A stretch of 64,000 nt of DNA from Squalus acanthias (taxonomy: Eukaryota): positions 114,330,001 to 114,394,000 of the forward strand of contig CM059432.1 of the NCBI GenBank assembly GCA_030390025.1. Reading direction: 5' to 3'. Positions 60,797-64,000 of the stretch are shown piece after piece (position 1 is the stretch's first letter; each line of letters begins with the position of its first letter). A program made the translations under genes and the position numbers. The notes under the pieces are model-generated. The model had not been told where the DNA came from and searched no databases. It was given only the letters and a program-made list of their open reading frames with translations.

Positions 60797-63120
60797 AGGT
60801 GTGGTCTCACCAGGGCCCCTTACAATTGCAGTAAGACGTCTTGACTCTTATACTCAAATCCTCTTGTAATAAAGGCCAACATACCATTTGCTTTCCTAAT
60901 TGCTTGCTGTACCTGCATGTTAACTTTCAATGATTCATGTACAAGGACACCCAGGTCCCTCTAAACACCAACATTTCCCAATCTCTCGCCATTTAAAAAA
61001 TACTCCGCTTTTCTACTTCTACCAAAGTGGATAACTTCACATTTCTCCACGTTATATTCAATTTGCCATGTTCTTGCCCACTCACTTAGCCTGTCTATAT
61101 CCCCTTGAAGCCTCCTTGCATCCTCCTCACAACTTACATTCCCACCCAGCTTTGTATCATCAGCAAACTTGGATATATTACATTTGGTCCCCTCATCCAA
61201 ATCATTGATATAGATTGTGAATAGCTGAGGCCCAAGCATTAATCCTTGCGGTACCCCACTAGTTACAGCCTGCCAACCCGAAAATGATCCGTTTATTCCT
61301 ACTCTCTGTTTTCTGTCCATTAATCAATCCTCAATCCATGCTAGTATATTACCCCCAATCCCATGAGCCTTAATTTTGTTTAATAACCTCTTGTGTGGCA
61401 CCTTATCAAATGCCTTCTGAAAATCCAAATACACCAAATCGACTGGTTCCCCCTTATCTATTCTGCTAGTTACAACCTCAAACATAGAAACATAGAAGAT
61501 AGGAGCAGGAGTAGGCCATTCGGCCCCTCGAGCCTGTTCCGCCATTTAATGAGATCATAGCTGATCATCCAAATTCAGTACCCTGTCCCTGCTTTCTCCC
61601 CATATCCCTTGATCCCTTTAGCCTTAAGAAATATATCTAACTCCTTCTTGAATATATTTAATGAATTGGCCTCAACTGCCTTCTGTGGTAGAGAATTCCA
61701 CAGGTTCACCACTCTCTGGGTGAAGAAATTCCTCCTCATCTCAGTCCTAAATGGCTTACCCCTTATCCTTAGACTGTGACCCCTGGTTCTGGACTCCCCC
61801 GCCATCGGGAACATCCTTCCTGCATCTAGTCTGTCTAGTCCTGTTAGAATTTTATAAGTTTCAATGAGATCACCTCTCATTCTTCTAAACTCTAGCGAAT
61901 ATAAGCCTAATCGACCCAATCTCTCTTCATACGTCATTCCTGCCATCCCAGGTATCAGTCTGGTGAATCTTCGCTGCACTCCCTCCATGGCAAGAACATC
62001 CTTCCTCAGATAAGGCGACCAAAACTGCACACAATTCTCAAGGTGTGGTCTCACCAAGGCCCTGTACAACTGCAGCAAGACATCCTTGCTCCTGTACTCG
62101 AATCCTCTCGCTATGAAGGCCAACATACCATTTGCCTTCTTAACCGCCTGCTGCACCTGCATGCTTACCTTCAGCGACTGGTGCACAAGGACACCCAGGT
62201 CTCGTTGCACTTCCCCTTTTCCCAATCTATTGCCGTTCAGATAATAATCTGCCTTCCTGTTTTTGCCACCAAAGTGGATAACCTCACATTTATCCACATT
62301 ATACTGCATCTGCCATGCATATGCCCAATCACCCAACCTGTCCAAATCATACTGGAGTTTCTCTGCATCCTCCTCACAGCACACACGCCCACCCAGCTTT
62401 GTGTCGTCTGCAAACTTGGAGATATTACATCTAGTTCCCTCGTCTAGATCATTAATATATATTGTGAATAGCTGGGGTCCTAGCACCGATCCCTGCGGTA
62501 CCCCACTAGTCACTGCCTGCCACTCGGAAAAAGACCCATTTATTCCAACTCTTTGCTTCCTGTCTGCCAACCAGTTCTCTATCCAAGTTAGTACCTTACC
62601 CCCAATTCCATGTGCTTTAACTTTGCACGCTAATCTCTTATGCAGGACCTTATCAAAAGCCTTCTGAAAGTCCAAATACACCACATCCATTGGTTCTCCC
62701 TTATCTATTCTACCAGTTACATCCTCAAAAAATTCCAGTAGATTAGTCAAGCATGATTTACCTTTTGTAAATCCATGTTGACTTTGTCCGATCCTGTCAC
62801 TGTTTTCCAAGTGCTCTGCTATTACATCTTTTATAATGGACTCTAGCATTTTCCCCACTACCGATGTCAGGCTTACCGGTCAAAAAACTCTAACAGATTT
62901 GCCAAACATGATTTCCCTTTCATAAATCCGGGTTGACTCTGCCCAATCCTATTATTATTTTCTAAGTGCCCTGTTACCACGTCCTTAATAATAGATTCTA
63001 GCATTTTCCCTACTGATGTCAGGCTAACTGGTCGGTAGTTCCCCGTTTTCTCTCTCCCTCCTTTCCTAAATAGTGGGGTTACATTTGCTACCTTCCAGTC
63101 CATGGGAACCGTTCCAGAAT
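60797..63120 (-). mobile_element. CR1 RT segment (host), split by a younger CR1 at 61483-62879
   Basis: ..ANLLEFF|EVVTSRIDKGEP.. is continuous once the insert is removed. Confidence 0.88.
61483..62879 (-). mobile_element. Young 5'-truncated CR1 with uninterrupted RT ORF (61575-62858, 427 aa)
   Basis: Open frame with all RT motifs through the natural stop. (CATAGAAA)n tail. TCAAA TSD at 61478-61482 and 62880-62884. Confidence 0.93.
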
Positions 63121-63294
63121 CACATGCCTCTTCATTCAATTTGTGTCCAGATTTGGGCTGGTGTGAAGAGTAATACAATTTGTATGCTACATTTCTGCCT
63201 TTTTTTTAAATTGGTGATTAAAGATGAGACCATTTAATGAAGCTGATCTTTAATAAGGAGATTGTGTCTGTATATAAAAGGTTTTCTGTCTATA

Positions 63295-63715
63295 GCTTGG
63301 CTCATTTGGTAGCACTCGCTGCTCTTACTCTTAAGTTCCACTCCAGGACTTGAGCATTTAATCTAGGCTGAAACTCCAGTGCAGTATTAGGGGAGTGCTG
63401 CATTGTTGGAGGGACTGTCCTTCAAATGTGATGTTAAACCGAGACCCTGATTGCCTCTTCTAGTGGTTCAAGTGGATGTTAATGATCTCACTGCAGTGTT
63501 TGAAGAGCAGGGCTTTTTTGTGCTTTACTGACCACCATTCATCCCTCAACCAATAAAACGGTTTAATTATTCTTACTGTTGTTTGTGTTCTCTTGTCATA
63601 TTTTCCCACATAACGACAATCACTGAACTTAAAAGTAATTCATTAAATGTGAAGTAGTTTTGAAATGTTTGAGAAATGCAATAAAATGTTATAAAAATGC
63701 AGTTCTTCCTCACTG
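63295..63715 (+). mobile_element. Deu-domain SINE
   Basis: TGGCTCATTTGGTAGCACTC head, AATCTAGGCTGAAACTCCAGTGCAGTATTAGGGGAGTG..GTGGATGTTAATGATC; colinear with 4525-4978. Confidence 0.7.
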
Positions 63716-64000
63716 AGTCTCCGTGTTTCTTTCCTTCTCAATTGGCTATTATCTACTTTTGTCATTCATCAACTATACTGTGCAAAATGTTTCTCCCTCA
63801 AAGTAATTTTCCCATACAAACAGATTGCCACAAGATAACATCTGCCCATCAACAGTATAATAAAAAAGAAACTGCCCAAATACATTGCCACAAAAGAAAT
63901 TCTCAGCTGTCATTATCCCCCACTCAGGCTCAGACTACAATTAAAACTTTGTGAATGCTGAGTTGAGCAGATTATCATTATCTTAGGAATCAAATATCAG

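Noticed and set aside
62043..62667. Antisense ORFs over CR1 and L2 copies (also 7391, 20270, 29786, 53424, 57634)
   Set aside because: Shadow frames on the opposite strand of RT coding sequence, recurring in every copy, with no independent evidence.

Overview
This is eukaryotic (vertebrate) genomic DNA, most likely a cartilaginous fish. That assignment is an inference from the repeat content: abundant CR1, L2, an HE1/V-type SINE with a CR1 tail, Deu-domain SINEs and Penelope pLTRs. The window appears to be almost entirely intronic to a minus-strand RIM-family presynaptic gene (RIMS2-like); only one clear coding exon is visible (43636-43877). The rest is a dense, nested transposon landscape. 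(i) Many CR1 and L2 LINE copies. (ii) A two-gene PIF/Harbinger family (HARBI1-like DDE transposase plus a convergent 3-exon Myb/SANT gene) in three differently deleted copies, with about 10 non-autonomous MITEs that share a C-NNN-G target preference. (iii) A Tigger/pogo MITE. (iv) Two families of Penelope-type retroelements inserted as long fold-back palindromes carrying minimal hammerhead ribozyme motifs, three of them in one CR1 copy. A repeat-free block at about 40.5-41.4 kb holds a perfect 21-bp inverted repeat and phase-compatible splice donors, and may be an internal promoter or alternative first exon of the RIM gene. Boundaries of old LINE/SINE fragments are approximate. TIR, TSD and exon boundaries were read base by base.
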